A stretch of DNA of 64,000 bases from Eubacteriales bacterium (GCA_051868045.1 JBJDZN010000061.1:478-64477); one strand, 5' to 3'; positions 26,798-37,339 are shown, counted from the first letter of the stretch. Numbers and translations: made by a program. The notes: generated from the sequence alone by a model not told the origin.

Positions 26798-27871
26798 ATG
26801 AATTATAACGAAATCAGACGGAAAACCCGAAAAATCAAGGTCGGAAACCTGTATGTGGGCGGGGATGCTCCGGTAAGCGTCCAGTCCATGACCAATACCG
26901 ACTCCGAGGATTTTGAGGCGACCTATGCCCAGATTCGCCGTCTGGAAGAGGCGGGTTGTGAAATCGTGAGAATGACGGTTCCCACGCCTAAGGCAGCCCA
27001 AACCATCGGTCGGTTGAAGGATGCCGGGGTTGCGGTGCCGCTGGTGGCGGACATTCACTTTGATTACCGTCTGGCACTGGCTGCCGCCGATGCGGGAGCC
27101 GATAAAATCCGAATCAATCCCGGCAACATCGGGGACGAGGATCGGATCAAGGCAGTGGCGGACAAATGCCGCACCAAGGGCATTCCCATCCGTCTCGGCA
27201 TCAATTCGGGATCTCTGGAGAAGGATGTGCTGGCAAAATACGGTGCGCCTACGGCAGAGGCTCTGGCGGAGTCGGCGATGAACAACATTGCCGCTCTGGA
27301 GCGATTCGATTTTGACAATATCATCGTGGCGATCAAGTCCTCCGACGTCTATCGGATGACGCAGGCAAACAAAATCGTGGCAGGACAGTGCGACTATCCC
27401 ATCCATCTGGGAGTCACCGAAGCCGGCTCTGCCGATATGGGAACGGTTAAGTCGGCAGTGGGCATCGGGTCCATGCTTCTTTCGGGTATCGGCGATACCC
27501 TGCGGGTGTCGCTGACCGCCGATCCCGTTCTGGAGGTTGCCAGAGGTCGGGCCATCCTGTCCTCCTTGGGCATGGATCGCCGCAGTAAGATCAATCTGGT
27601 GTCCTGCCCCACCTGCGGACGCACGAAAATTGATCTGATCGGGCTTGTAAAGGCATTTGAGGAGCGGATGAACACCGTCAAGGTCAGCCGACCGATCAAG
27701 GTCGCCATCATGGGATGCGTGGTTAACGGTCCCGGTGAGGCGGGGGATGCGGATATCGGCATCGCCGGAGGTAAAGGCGAGGGTCTGCTCTTTAAAAAGG
27801 GCGCAGAACCGGTCAGAATCCCCGAAAATCAGATTGTGGACCGGCTGATTGAAGAAATCGAAAAGCTATAA
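26798..27871 (+). CDS. ispG: 4-hydroxy-3-methylbut-2-enyl diphosphate synthase
   Basis: VGGDAPVSVQSMTNTD, RINPGNIG and SCPTCGR motifs. Trimmed to ATG 26798 (GGAAGG RBS). Confidence 0.95.
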   Translation: MNYNEIRRKTRKIKVGNLYVGGDAPVSVQSMTNTDSEDFEATYAQIRRLEEAGCEIVRMTVPTPKAAQTIGRLKDAGVAVPLVADIHFDYRLALAAADAGADKIRINPGNIGDEDRIKAVADKCRTKGIPIRLGINSGSLEKDVLAKYGAPTAEALAESAMNNIAALERFDFDNIIVAIKSSDVYRMTQANKIVAGQCDYPIHLGVTEAGSADMGTVKSAVGIGSMLLSGIGDTLRVSLTADPVLEVARGRAILSSLGMDRRSKINLVSCPTCGRTKIDLIGLVKAFEERMNTVKVSRPIKVAIMGCVVNGPGEAGDADIGIAGGKGEGLLFKKGAEPVRIPENQIVDRLIEEIEKL

Positions 27872-27920
27872 GCAAGAATTCTGGATCGGACTGTGTATCA
27901 GTTTTATCGGTAAAGAGGAC

Positions 27921-30900
27921 ATGGAAAAGACATTTCTGGAAAAATTCAATCGTTATACTCCCACCCCGTCAGAAAGTACAATCCTGACGGGGATTACCCG
28001 CTATACCCTGAAAGCGGACAAGGAGCGGCGCATGATCGAGGCGTCGATCTGGATGGATCGCCCGGTGGAGAAGGAGGCACTCTATGCCATCGAGCGTGGC
28101 ATTGCCGAAGCCTACGAGCTGTCCATGGTCCGCCTTCTGCCCCACTATCCGGCGGATACCTTCGAATTTTCCTACATACATGAGGTTGTCAGGGAAGCCC
28201 ATCGGATCGGATATGTGGCAAACGGATTTTTCGGCAATTATACGGCATCTGAGAAGAACGGGGCAATTGTCATCGAAATCGGATTTCCCGAAAGCGGGGT
28301 CAATCTGGTCTGCAAGGCGGGAACCCCTGAGATTATGTCGGCGATCATCCGCTCGGAATTCGGCATCGAAAAAGAGGTGCAGGTCATCGGATGTGCCGAC
28401 CCGTCGGCGGGATTTGCCGCATTCGAGGCGCAGAAGAAAGAAACGTTGACCAAGCTTCGGGCAGAGTCCGAGCAGGCGGCAAGGGAGGCGGCAAAGCATC
28501 GCCGTGAAGAGGAAGAGGCACGCAGGCAGGAAGAGGAGAAGACGGCTCATCCCATGGTGAGTACCCTGTCCGGAGAGCCCATCATCTTCGAGCGAACCGA
28601 GAACGGACACTGCACCGTGGGCTGTATGACCTTCGACCTGTCCTCCCCCGAGGCACTTCTCGGCGATCCCTTTGACATCGAACCGACCCCTCTGCGCACC
28701 GCCCTGGGAAATCCGGGCAAGCGGGTCTGCGTGCTGGGTCAGGTCAACCAGTACGAATCCAAGGAATCGAGAAACGGCGATAAACTGCTGATGACCTTCA
28801 GCATCACCGACAACGATGCTTCGGTCAATGTGAAGCTGTCCCTGCCCATTGAGGAGGGCAAGGCTCTGGAGAAGATTATCACCAAGTCAGGACGCACCAT
28901 CAAGCGTGGGATTGCCAGCGTCGTAACCCTGTACAGTCTGTGCGTGGCGGTTCAGGGAACCATTCGTCCGGACAAGTTCGATAACGACCCTGTGCTGTCG
29001 GCAAATGCCATTCAGAAGATCGGCAAGATCGGGCGCACCGACAATGCCCCCGAAAAGCGGGTGGAACTCCATCTGCACACCAATATGTCCACCATGGATG
29101 CCCTGATTTTCCCGGAATTCGTGGTGGAAACCGCCGAAAGCTGGGGATGGGATGCCATTGCCGTCACCGATCACGGTAACGTTCAGGCGTTTCCCCTGCT
29201 CAAGGACAGTGCCTCCAAGAAGAATGTGAAGGTTCTCTACGGCATGGAGGCGTACTACGTGGACGATACCGCCCGTGCCGCCTACGGAGACGCCAACACC
29301 AACTTCCATGAGGACGAAATCTGCGTTTTCGATATCGAGACCACGGGACTGTCGGTCATGACCTGCAAGATTACCGAAATCGGTGCCGTGCGGATCAAGG
29401 GCGGTCAGGTGCTGGAACGCTTCAATACTTTCGTGGACCCTGAAGGTCCCATCCCTGCGGACATCACCGAGCTGACGGGAATTACCGATGAAATGGTCAA
29501 AGGCGCACCCTCCCAGAAGGAGGCGGTTCAGGCGTTTCTGGCATTTGCCGGAGATCGCCTGCTGATCGCCCATAATGCGGGATTTGATATTTCCTTTATC
29601 CGGAAGGTTTGCGAGGACAACAAAATGTCCTTTCCGAACCCCTATCTGGACACCGTCGCTCTGTCCCGCTATCTGAATCCCGAACTGAAAAAGCACAAAC
29701 TGGACAGCCTTGCCGAATACTATAAGCTGGGGGATTTCAACCATCACAGAGCCTGTGACGATGCCGAAATGCTGGCGATGATCTTCTTCAGGATGACCGA
29801 AAAGCTGTCAGAGGAGGGCATCCGGTCGGTTCCCGAGATGAACACCTCCATGGCATCCACGGCAGACCCCCTGAAACTGCGTACCTACCACATGATCATT
29901 CTGGTCAAGGACATGGTGGGACTGAAAAATCTGTACAAACTGATCTCCCAAAGCTATCTGAAATATTTCAAACGGGTTCCGAGAATCCCGAAATCCCTGC
30001 TGGAAAGCTATCGGGACGGTCTGATCATCGGTTCTGCCTGCGAGGCGGGCGAACTGTTCCGTGCGATACTGGATCACCGCCCACAGGCGGACATTGAGGA
30101 GATCGCCTCCTTCTACGATTATCTGGAGATTCAGCCTATCTGCAATAACCGTTTTCTGGTCCGGAACGGAACGGTCCCCGACGATGAGGCACTGCGGGAG
30201 CTGAACCGCCGGATTGTGGAGCTGGGGGAAAAGCTGAATATTCCCGTCTGCGCCACCTGTGACAGTCATTTTCTCAATAAAGAGGACGAAATCTATCGGA
30301 AAATCCTGCTGAAAGGGCAGAAATTCTCAGACGGCGATCAGGATGTGGGGCTGTATCTGCGCAATACCGAGGAAATGCTTGCCGAATTCGACTATCTGGG
30401 CAGCGAAAAGGCGTATGAGGTGGTGGTCACCAATACCCGTGCCATTGCCGCAAGATGCGAGAAGATTCTGCCTATCCCGGACGGCTCCTTTACGCCCAAA
30501 ATGGATGGCGCAGAGGAGGATCTGCAAAAGCTGTGCTGGGACCGTGCCATGGACTGGTACGGCTATGAGGGGAAGATTCCCGAGCTGGTAACAGCCAGAC
30601 TGAATAAAGAGCTGACCTCCATCATCAAAAACGGCTTTGCCGTGCTCTATATGATTGCCCAAAAGCTGGTTTGGTACAGCGAGTCCCAGGGCTATCTGGT
30701 GGGTTCCCGTGGTTCCGTCGGCTCCTCCTTCGTGGCAACCATGGCGGGCATCTCCGAGGTCAATCCTCTGCCGCCCCACTATCGCTGTCCCAAATGCCGG
30801 TACAACGAGTTTATCACCGACGGATCGGTGGGATCGGGCTTCGATCTGCCCGAAAAAGCGTGTCCCAAGTGCGGAACCCGTATGATTCCCGACGGACACG

Positions 30901-32516
30901 ACATCCCCTTTGAGACCTTCCTTGGCTTCTATGGAGACAAATCCCCCGATATTGACCTGAACTTCTCGGGTGAGGTTCAGGGTAAGGTCCATAAGTACAC
31001 TGAGGAACTGTTCGGACACGAAAACGTCTTCCGTGCGGGAACGCTGGGTACGCTGGCATCCAAAACCGCCTACGGTTATGTCATGAAATATCTGGACGAG
31101 AAGGGAATTACCGTCAACAAGGGTGAGATCAACCGACTGGTCAACGGATGCGTGGGTGTCAAGCGTACCACCGGTCAGCATCCCGGCGGCATCGTGGTTA
31201 TCCCCCGTGAATACGACGTCACCGATTTCACTCCCGTTCAGCACCCTGCCGACGACCCCAATTCCGACATCGTCACCACTCACTTTGCCTTCTCCTATCT
31301 CCATGATACCATCCTGAAGCTGGACGAGCTGGGTCACGATATGCCTACCAAGTATAAGTGGCTGGAGAAATACACCGGAGTGTCGGTCATGGATGTCCCC
31401 ATGAACGATCCGCAGGTTTATGAACTGTTCCTGTCGCTGAAGCCTTTGGGAATCCCGGAGGGAGAAATCGACTGCAAGGTGGGAACCTGGGGACTGCCCG
31501 AATTCGGAACCCGTTTCGTCCAGAAGATGCTGGAGGAGGCGACTCCCCATACCTTCGCCGACCTGCTTCAGATTTCCGGTCTGTCCCACGGTACCGACGT
31601 CTGGACGGGTAACGCTCAGGAACTGATTCATCAGGGAACCTGCACCATTTCCGAGGTCGTGGGAACCCGTGACTCCATCATGCTGACCCTGATCCGATAC
31701 GGGGTGGAGAATTCCCACGCCTTCAAGATCATGGAAAGCGTCCGAAAGGGCAAGGGACTGACTCCCGAATGGGAGGAAGAAATGCGGGCGGCAAACGTGC
31801 CCGAATGGTACATCTGGTCCTGTAAGAAGATCAAATACATGTTCCCGAAGGCTCATGCGGCGGCATATAATATGTCCGCCATCCGGCTGGGCTGGTTCAA
31901 GGTCTACTATCCCATCGAGTTCTATTCCGCCTTCTTTACCGTTGCCCCATCGGGATTCGATGCCACCATCGTCACGAAGGGCAGAAGGGCAGTCAAGGAA
32001 GAAATGAGGATCATTGCCGAGAATCAGAAGACCGGATCGGCGACTGCCAAGGACGAGGACAGCATGACCTATCTGCAGATCGTGGACGAGAGCATGGCAA
32101 GGGGAATTTCCTATCTGAATGTCGATCTGTACAAATCGGGGGCAAAGGAATTTCTCCCCGAGGACAAGGTAAATAAACGGATCCGCGTTCCCTTCAACTC
32201 CCTGCCGGGTCTTGGGGATACGGCGGCGGAAAAGATCGTACAGGTCAGGGAGGAAGGGAAGTTCCTGTCCCGTGAAGACCTGAGACTCCGTGCCGGACTG
32301 TCCAAGTCGGTCATGCAGATTCTGGAGGATGCAGGAGTCCTGGATCAGCTGGACGAGACCAACCAGATCTCGATTCTGGGTGATGCTGTCGGAGAACTGC
32401 CTGTGACCGTTTCCCGGGAGCGGGAGTCGGAGTCGATCCCCGTTACCACCAAAACCTTTGCCCATAATTCTGAGGCGGACCTGCTTCCCGACGGAGATCA
32501 GATTTCTCTGTTCTGA
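27921..32516 (+). CDS. polC: DNA polymerase III alpha subunit, PolC type
   Basis: About 1531 aa with a PHP domain (VELHLHTNMSTMDA), a DEDDh exonuclease insert (VFDIETTGLS...HRACDDA) and a polymerase core (GSRGSVGSSFVA). Trimmed to ATG 27921. Confidence 0.97.
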   Translation: MEKTFLEKFNRYTPTPSESTILTGITRYTLKADKERRMIEASIWMDRPVEKEALYAIERGIAEAYELSMVRLLPHYPADTFEFSYIHEVVREAHRIGYVANGFFGNYTASEKNGAIVIEIGFPESGVNLVCKAGTPEIMSAIIRSEFGIEKEVQVIGCADPSAGFAAFEAQKKETLTKLRAESEQAAREAAKHRREEEEARRQEEEKTAHPMVSTLSGEPIIFERTENGHCTVGCMTFDLSSPEALLGDPFDIEPTPLRTALGNPGKRVCVLGQVNQYESKESRNGDKLLMTFSITDNDASVNVKLSLPIEEGKALEKIITKSGRTIKRGIASVVTLYSLCVAVQGTIRPDKFDNDPVLSANAIQKIGKIGRTDNAPEKRVELHLHTNMSTMDALIFPEFVVETAESWGWDAIAVTDHGNVQAFPLLKDSASKKNVKVLYGMEAYYVDDTARAAYGDANTNFHEDEICVFDIETTGLSVMTCKITEIGAVRIKGGQVLERFNTFVDPEGPIPADITELTGITDEMVKGAPSQKEAVQAFLAFAGDRLLIAHNAGFDISFIRKVCEDNKMSFPNPYLDTVALSRYLNPELKKHKLDSLAEYYKLGDFNHHRACDDAEMLAMIFFRMTEKLSEEGIRSVPEMNTSMASTADPLKLRTYHMIILVKDMVGLKNLYKLISQSYLKYFKRVPRIPKSLLESYRDGLIIGSACEAGELFRAILDHRPQADIEEIASFYDYLEIQPICNNRFLVRNGTVPDDEALRELNRRIVELGEKLNIPVCATCDSHFLNKEDEIYRKILLKGQKFSDGDQDVGLYLRNTEEMLAEFDYLGSEKAYEVVVTNTRAIAARCEKILPIPDGSFTPKMDGAEEDLQKLCWDRAMDWYGYEGKIPELVTARLNKELTSIIKNGFAVLYMIAQKLVWYSESQGYLVGSRGSVGSSFVATMAGISEVNPLPPHYRCPKCRYNEFITDGSVGSGFDLPEKACPKCGTRMIPDGHDIPFETFLGFYGDKSPDIDLNFSGEVQGKVHKYTEELFGHENVFRAGTLGTLASKTAYGYVMKYLDEKGITVNKGEINRLVNGCVGVKRTTGQHPGGIVVIPREYDVTDFTPVQHPADDPNSDIVTTHFAFSYLHDTILKLDELGHDMPTKYKWLEKYTGVSVMDVPMNDPQVYELFLSLKPLGIPEGEIDCKVGTWGLPEFGTRFVQKMLEEATPHTFADLLQISGLSHGTDVWTGNAQELIHQGTCTISEVVGTRDSIMLTLIRYGVENSHAFKIMESVRKGKGLTPEWEEEMRAANVPEWYIWSCKKIKYMFPKAHAAAYNMSAIRLGWFKVYYPIEFYSAFFTVAPSGFDATIVTKGRRAVKEEMRIIAENQKTGSATAKDEDSMTYLQIVDESMARGISYLNVDLYKSGAKEFLPEDKVNKRIRVPFNSLPGLGDTAAEKIVQVREEGKFLSREDLRLRAGLSKSVMQILEDAGVLDQLDETNQISILGDAVGELPVTVSRERESESIPVTTKTFAHNSEADLLPDGDQISLF

Positions 32517-32601
32517 GCCGATTCGTACATCAAAAAGATGGCATTCGGTGAAATCTTTGCGGAATATCGGAAGGATAAGGAAGGATAAGGAAGGAAACAC
32601 T

Positions 32602-34884
32602 ATGAAACGATCCTGTATTTCTGTTTTGTCGGCGATTCTGCTTACGTTCTCTCTTCTGTTTACCAATCTGCCGCTGTCCGTTTTGGCGGAAGATACGGAG
32701 TCGGCATCGGCATCGGACACGACCCCCGAGCCTCTGCCTACGGTGGAGATTTTTACCGACAGTGGCGAGGCGGTGACTCAGAAGATTTATGAGTCTGCCA
32801 CTCTGAAGTTGAACCTGACCGACCGTTTTGCCGATTATACCAATCTCTATACCGAATCCGGCGGCACCATCGAAATACGGTGCAGAGGCAACTCCACCTA
32901 TGATACTTCCCCCAATCGGCTGGGCGATTCGGGAAAGTTTTCCTATAAGATCAAGCTGGAGTCCAAGACCGATCTGCTGGGACTGGGTGAGAACCGTCAT
33001 TTTGCGCTGATCGCCAACTATTACGATGTCACCAATCTGCGCAATAAGCTGGTTTACGACCTGGCGGACCGTATGGGACTGACCTCTACCGCTTCCAGGT
33101 GGGTGGTGGTTTACCTGAACGGGGAGTATCAGGGACTCTATACCCTGTGCGAAACCGTCCGAATCGGCAAAAATCGGGTAGACATTCCCGATTTTGAGGA
33201 GTTTGCCGAGGATGTCGCCGATACCATCGGAATGGAGGAGAATCTGTCCGCCGCAGAGACCGAAGAGCTGGAAGAGCAGATGAAGGCAAATCTGAACTGG
33301 ATTTCCACGGGCAGATTCGGGGATTACATTCTGACCGATTACGGCATTGATGTTTCTTCCGTTGACCTGACCTCCGGCTACCTTATTGAGCTGGACTACC
33401 GTATGGACGGCGATACCACCAAATTCTATACGGGAATGGGAATCCCCATTCAGTTGGATTCCCCAAAGGCACTGGAAACCAATCCGGAAATGCTGTCCTA
33501 TGTCAAAAACCTGCTTGCCGATTTTGAGGAGGCCATCAGTTCACCGACCTTTACCACTCAGGACGGCAGACACTACAGCGAGTTTGTGGATATGGACTCG
33601 CTGGTGGACTATTTCCTGATTTTCCACCTGTTCAAGAACATTGAGTTCGGTTTTCTGAGTATCTATTTCTACATTGACGATGGGAAAATCGTCTTCGGTC
33701 CCTGCTGGGATTTCGACGGCAGCTCCGGCAATCAGGTGACGCTGACGGTCGATTGGATGCCATACAACAGTTGGTTCTATATGAATCGGGGTCCCTGGTT
33801 TTTGAAGCTGTGCTCCGACCCCTATTTTGTGAATCTGCTGGAGGAGCGTTGGTTTGAGATTCGGGATCTGGTGGACGGCATGATGGAGGAAATGGAGCTG
33901 GCTCACGATTATATCAGGGAAGAGGCGGAGAAGAATTTTGCCTTCTTCGGCGCACCCCAAAACTGGTACATTCCCGGATCCTCCTGCCGGAGCTTTGAGG
34001 ATGAATATCAGATTTTGAAAAGCTGGATGGAGGATCGCATTGCCTGGCTGAATGAGATGTTTTCCCTGCGAAATCCCAATCTTGAGGGACTGGGGGCAGA
34101 CGAAAGCGACCGGATCAGTCTGACGCTGACCGAGGGTGCCATCCGGAAGCTGGCAATCGACCAGCAGGGAACCGTTGGTGCGCCCTGCGACTTTCTCCTG
34201 ACCCAAAAACAACTGGCAAATCTGACCCTGACCATTGACACTGCCCACACCTCTCATGTGGCGATGGAGGTGTATGTGAATGAGCATTTCGTTGCCCGGG
34301 TGGACTGCAATCAGTACACCCCCGCAAAGCTGACCCTTCCGGCGGAGGTGTTCGATCTGACCGAGGGAAAGGTGCAGATTGTGCGGGTTGTGGGGATCAA
34401 CACGGCGGGGGACTACTACCGTAGTGCCTATCTGCGGGTCAGATATACCGAGCTCGGCAATCCCGGCTCCACGAAGGCACTGCTCACCGTGGACGGTGTG
34501 CGTTCCATGGAGGAGATCGGAACCGTCGTGACCCTTCCTGAGATTACCGTGGAGCGTACCGGTTACCGTGCGGTGGGCTGGACAGACGGAACCAATGTCT
34601 ATGATGCAGGGTCGGAGATCACCGTCACTGCCGCCACCGATTTGTACATCAAGTGGGCGGTGGAGGACCTGTTCTATGACCGCACCCCCGTCCGGGTCGA
34701 GCTGCCGGTATCGCCGGTTTCGCCGGTGCCGCCTGCAATGACAACACCCGGCGATGATTTTGTATCGGAGCCTCCGAAGGGAACGAATCGGACGGCTCTC
34801 CTGGTTGCGGTAATTGCCGGTGTGGCGATCGTCGGTGCGGGAGTCGTGACGGGACTGCTGGTGAGAAAGCGGAAAATCAAATAA
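32602..34884 (+). CDS. surface-anchored CotH-family (atypical kinase fold) protein with a Listeria-Bacteroides-type repeat and a C-terminal TM anchor
   Basis: Signal peptide; CotH blocks (KFSYKIKLES...ANYYDVTNLRNKLVYDLADRMGL...VYLNGEYQGLYTLCETV...GPCWDFDGSSGN); TLPEITVERTGYRAVGWTDG...LYIKW repeat; PVSPVSPVPP linker; TM helix followed by RKRKIK. Confidence 0.8.
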   Translation: MKRSCISVLSAILLTFSLLFTNLPLSVLAEDTESASASDTTPEPLPTVEIFTDSGEAVTQKIYESATLKLNLTDRFADYTNLYTESGGTIEIRCRGNSTYDTSPNRLGDSGKFSYKIKLESKTDLLGLGENRHFALIANYYDVTNLRNKLVYDLADRMGLTSTASRWVVVYLNGEYQGLYTLCETVRIGKNRVDIPDFEEFAEDVADTIGMEENLSAAETEELEEQMKANLNWISTGRFGDYILTDYGIDVSSVDLTSGYLIELDYRMDGDTTKFYTGMGIPIQLDSPKALETNPEMLSYVKNLLADFEEAISSPTFTTQDGRHYSEFVDMDSLVDYFLIFHLFKNIEFGFLSIYFYIDDGKIVFGPCWDFDGSSGNQVTLTVDWMPYNSWFYMNRGPWFLKLCSDPYFVNLLEERWFEIRDLVDGMMEEMELAHDYIREEAEKNFAFFGAPQNWYIPGSSCRSFEDEYQILKSWMEDRIAWLNEMFSLRNPNLEGLGADESDRISLTLTEGAIRKLAIDQQGTVGAPCDFLLTQKQLANLTLTIDTAHTSHVAMEVYVNEHFVARVDCNQYTPAKLTLPAEVFDLTEGKVQIVRVVGINTAGDYYRSAYLRVRYTELGNPGSTKALLTVDGVRSMEEIGTVVTLPEITVERTGYRAVGWTDGTNVYDAGSEITVTAATDLYIKWAVEDLFYDRTPVRVELPVSPVSPVPPAMTTPGDDFVSEPPKGTNRTALLVAVIAGVAIVGAGVVTGLLVRKRKIK

Positions 34885-34919
34885 AATCAAAACCACCAGT
34901 TTTCTGGTGGTTTTGATTT
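34885..34919. terminator. bidirectional terminator between the CotH-family gene and glyA
   Basis: Stem aatcaaaaccaccag / ctggtggttttgatt, flanked by an A run and a T run. Usable on both strands between convergent genes. Confidence 0.8.
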
Positions 34920-34960
34920 GAGCCTATGGCTCTATTACCGTTTTGAAAAGCCTGCGACCC

Positions 34961-36208
34961 TTATTCAGCGTATAGAGGATACTTTTCACAGATTTTCTTG
35001 ACCTCTGCCCGAACGGTATCGGCATTGTCCTCGAACTCGGGAACCGCACACAGACGGAAGAGATGGGCGAGGGTGACGAAATCCTCCTCCTGAAGACCTC
35101 TGGTGGTGGCGGCAGGGGTTCCCACACGGAGTCCACTGGTGACGAAGGGCTTCTGAGGGTCGTTGGGAATACCGTTCTTGTTGGTGGTAATGCCCACGGC
35201 ATCCAGACGGTGTTCAAACTCCTTGCCGGTGATGTCGAAGTTTCTCAGATCCAGCAGAATCAGGTGGTTGTCGGTACCGCCGGAGACCATGTTGAAGCCC
35301 TCTGCGGCAAATCCCTTCTCGAATGCCTTCGCATTTTTGATGATTTGTGCGGCATAGTCCTTGAAGGAAGGCGAGAGTGCCTCGCCGAAGCAGACCGCCT
35401 TTGCGGCGATGGTGTGCATCAGAGGACCGCCCTGGGTTCCGGGGAAGATCGCCTTGTCGATTGCCTTGGCGTATTCCTCACGGCAGAGAATCATGCCGCC
35501 TCTGGGACCCCGCAGGGTTTTGTGGGTGGTGGTGGTGACAATGTCGGCATAGGGAACGGGCGAGGGATGAAGTCCGGCAGCAACCAGTCCTGCAATGTGC
35601 GCCATATCCACCATCAGGTAGGCTCCTACCTTCTTGGCGATGGCTCCGAAACGCTCAAAATCAATGATTCTGGGGTATGCGGAAGCACCTGCTACAATCA
35701 GTTTGGGCTTGCATTCGGTGGCAATCCGCTCCACCTCGTCATAGTCGAGGTAGCCCTCGTCGTTGACCCCGTAGGGAACGAAATGGTAGAGAATACCCGA
35801 TATATTGACGGGAGAACCGTGGGTCAGATGTCCGCCGTGGGCAAGATTCATGCCCATGACCGTGTCACCGGGATGGAGCAGGGCGAGGTAGACGGCGGTA
35901 TTTGCCTGTGCGCCGGAATGGGGCTGAACATTGGCATGTTCTGCGCCGAAAAGAGCCTTGGCACGGTCTCTGGCGAGATTTTCTACGATGTCAACGCATT
36001 CACAGCCGCCGTAGTAGCGATGAGCGGGATAGCCCTCTGCGTATTTGTTGGTCAGCACGCTGGAGTTTGCGGCAAGTACTGCCTTGGAGACAAAGTTCTC
36101 GGAGGCGATCAGTTCGATTTTGTTCTGCTGGCGGGCAAGCTCTGCGCGAATTCCTGCGGCGACCTCAGGATCGAGGGCGGCTAGGTAGTCCAAATTTTCT
36201 AAAATCAT
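34961..36208 (-). CDS. glyA: serine hydroxymethyltransferase
   Basis: [24 protein letters not shown] and the PLP site ([14 protein letters not shown]); 415 aa. Confidence 0.97.
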   Translation of the reverse strand: MILENLDYLAALDPEVAAGIRAELARQQNKIELIASENFVSKAVLAANSSVLTNKYAEGYPAHRYYGGCECVDIVENLARDRAKALFGAEHANVQPHSGAQANTAVYLALLHPGDTVMGMNLAHGGHLTHGSPVNISGILYHFVPYGVNDEGYLDYDEVERIATECKPKLIVAGASAYPRIIDFERFGAIAKKVGAYLMVDMAHIAGLVAAGLHPSPVPYADIVTTTTHKTLRGPRGGMILCREEYAKAIDKAIFPGTQGGPLMHTIAAKAVCFGEALSPSFKDYAAQIIKNAKAFEKGFAAEGFNMVSGGTDNHLILLDLRNFDITGKEFEHRLDAVGITTNKNGIPNDPQKPFVTSGLRVGTPAATTRGLQEEDFVTLAHLFRLCAVPEFEDNADTVRAEVKKICEKYPLYAE

Positions 36209-36243
36209 GGCGTTTGGTTCCTTTCATTTTCAGATTACTTTAT

Positions 36244-36272
36244 ATTATATACGAAAAAATCTTTTTTGTAAA
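36244..36272 (-). promoter_or_regulatory. sigma-A type promoter of glyA
   Basis: Minus strand: TTTACA (36272-36267), 17 nt spacer, TATAAT (36249-36244). Confidence 0.55.
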
Positions 36273-36276
36273 GGGC

Positions 36277-36298
36277 TTTTCGAAAAAATTTTCGAAAA
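36277..36298. promoter_or_regulatory. two tandem 10-bp palindromes TTTTCGAAAA just upstream of the glyA -35; candidate operator
   Basis: TTTTCGAAAA at 36277-36286 and again at 36289-36298 (12-bp register). The first, with flanks ATTTTCGAAAATT, matches 11 of 13 positions of the remembered PurBox AWWWCCGAACWWT. Confidence 0.25.
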
Positions 36299-36466
36299 TT
36301 TGGATAAAATTTGCGCTTAATCAAAAATATTTTTTGAGTCCGATAAAATTCTGTCAATCAGCTCCTTCAATCGGCTCACATGTGAGCCTTTTGGATTCAT
36401 GGAAGTGCTTTCTTCATGCGAAGGTCTGTTTTTTTTGCTTTCTTCCCGGAAAGAAAGCCCCGATTG

Positions 36467-36495
36467 TTGACAAGCGGAAAATTTTGTGCTAGAAT
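36467..36495 (+). promoter_or_regulatory. sigma-A type promoter of the esterase gene
   Basis: TTGACA (36467-36472), 17 nt spacer, TAGAAT (36490-36495), with an extended TG. Confidence 0.65.
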
Positions 36496-36538
36496 AGGGC
36501 TATCAGATTGCCTTTTATGAAAAAGGAGGTTTTGTTCA

Positions 36539-37339
36539 ATGGAAAAGATATTGCTGTGGGAGAAAACGCCCGATTATAATCCCGATTTCGGGCAGGAGGA
36601 ATCCTGCCTGCTTCCCCGGATCGTTCCCGGTGCGAAGATTTGCGTGCTGGTGATCCCCGGCGGCGCATATGAGTGGCGTGCCGAGGATCATGAGGGATGC
36701 ACCATTGCCGATCGGCTGAACAGGGACGGCATTTCCGCCTTCATCCTGCGCTACCGTTATGCGCCCTACCGCCATCCTGTGGAACAGATGGACGTGAACC
36801 GTGCGGTTCGGACGGTCCGCTCGCTGGCGGGAAAATACGGTTATGATCCCAACCGCATCGCCGTGCTGGGCTTTTCCGCCGGCGGACATCTGGCGGCAAC
36901 GGCAGTGACCCGATTTGATGAGGGAAGGGAGGACGGCGATGCCATCGACAAAATCTCCTGCCGCCCCGATGCCGGCATCCTCTGCTATCCTGTCATCGAC
37001 CTTGTCGGGGAGTTCGCCCATAAGGGATCGGCGGTGAACCTGATCGGAAGCCCGGACAGCCCCCGATTTTCCACCCTTGCCGCCGAGCTTTCCTGCCAGA
37101 ACGGAGTCGCCGACCGCACACCGCCCTGCTTCTTGTGGCATACGGCGGCGGACAGCTGCGTCCCCGTGGAGAATACGCTCATGATGGCGGCGGCACTTTC
37201 GGCGAAGAAGATTCCTTTTGAGGTTCACATCTTCCCCGAAGGCGATCACGGTCTGGGTCTTGCCACCGATACCCTCCCCTATGTGTCGGTCTGGATGGAA
37301 CTTGCCGAGCGTTTTCTGCATCTCTATCTTGGAAAATAA
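36539..37339 (+). CDS. alpha/beta hydrolase (esterase/lipase-type)
   Basis: GFSAGGHLA nucleophile elbow, and a late D...H (FPEGDHGL) consistent with a Ser-Asp-His triad; 266 aa. Confidence 0.8.
   Translation: MEKILLWEKTPDYNPDFGQEESCLLPRIVPGAKICVLVIPGGAYEWRAEDHEGCTIADRLNRDGISAFILRYRYAPYRHPVEQMDVNRAVRTVRSLAGKYGYDPNRIAVLGFSAGGHLAATAVTRFDEGREDGDAIDKISCRPDAGILCYPVIDLVGEFAHKGSAVNLIGSPDSPRFSTLAAELSCQNGVADRTPPCFLWHTAADSCVPVENTLMMAAALSAKKIPFEVHIFPEGDHGLGLATDTLPYVSVWMELAERFLHLYLGK

Noticed and set aside
27849-27920. N-terminal extensions in the ORF track for polC, and likewise for ispG, frr, phoU, phoR, lexA, ymdB, the CotH gene, the M14 peptidase, the TIM-barrel gene and the GH27 gene.
   Set aside because: The extensions overlap the preceding gene or its terminator, lack an RBS, and add residues absent from the typical N-termini of these families. 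Internal starts with an RBS were used instead.
36373-36392. An orphan palindromic hairpin ggctcacatgtgagcc followed by TTTT, together with a second hairpin gctttctt/aagaaagc at about 36437-36465, in the glyA/esterase intergenic region. Considered as a possible sRNA terminator.
   Set aside because: There is no convincing upstream promoter, no conserved motif I recognise, and no gene it would terminate. The evidence is too weak to call an sRNA.
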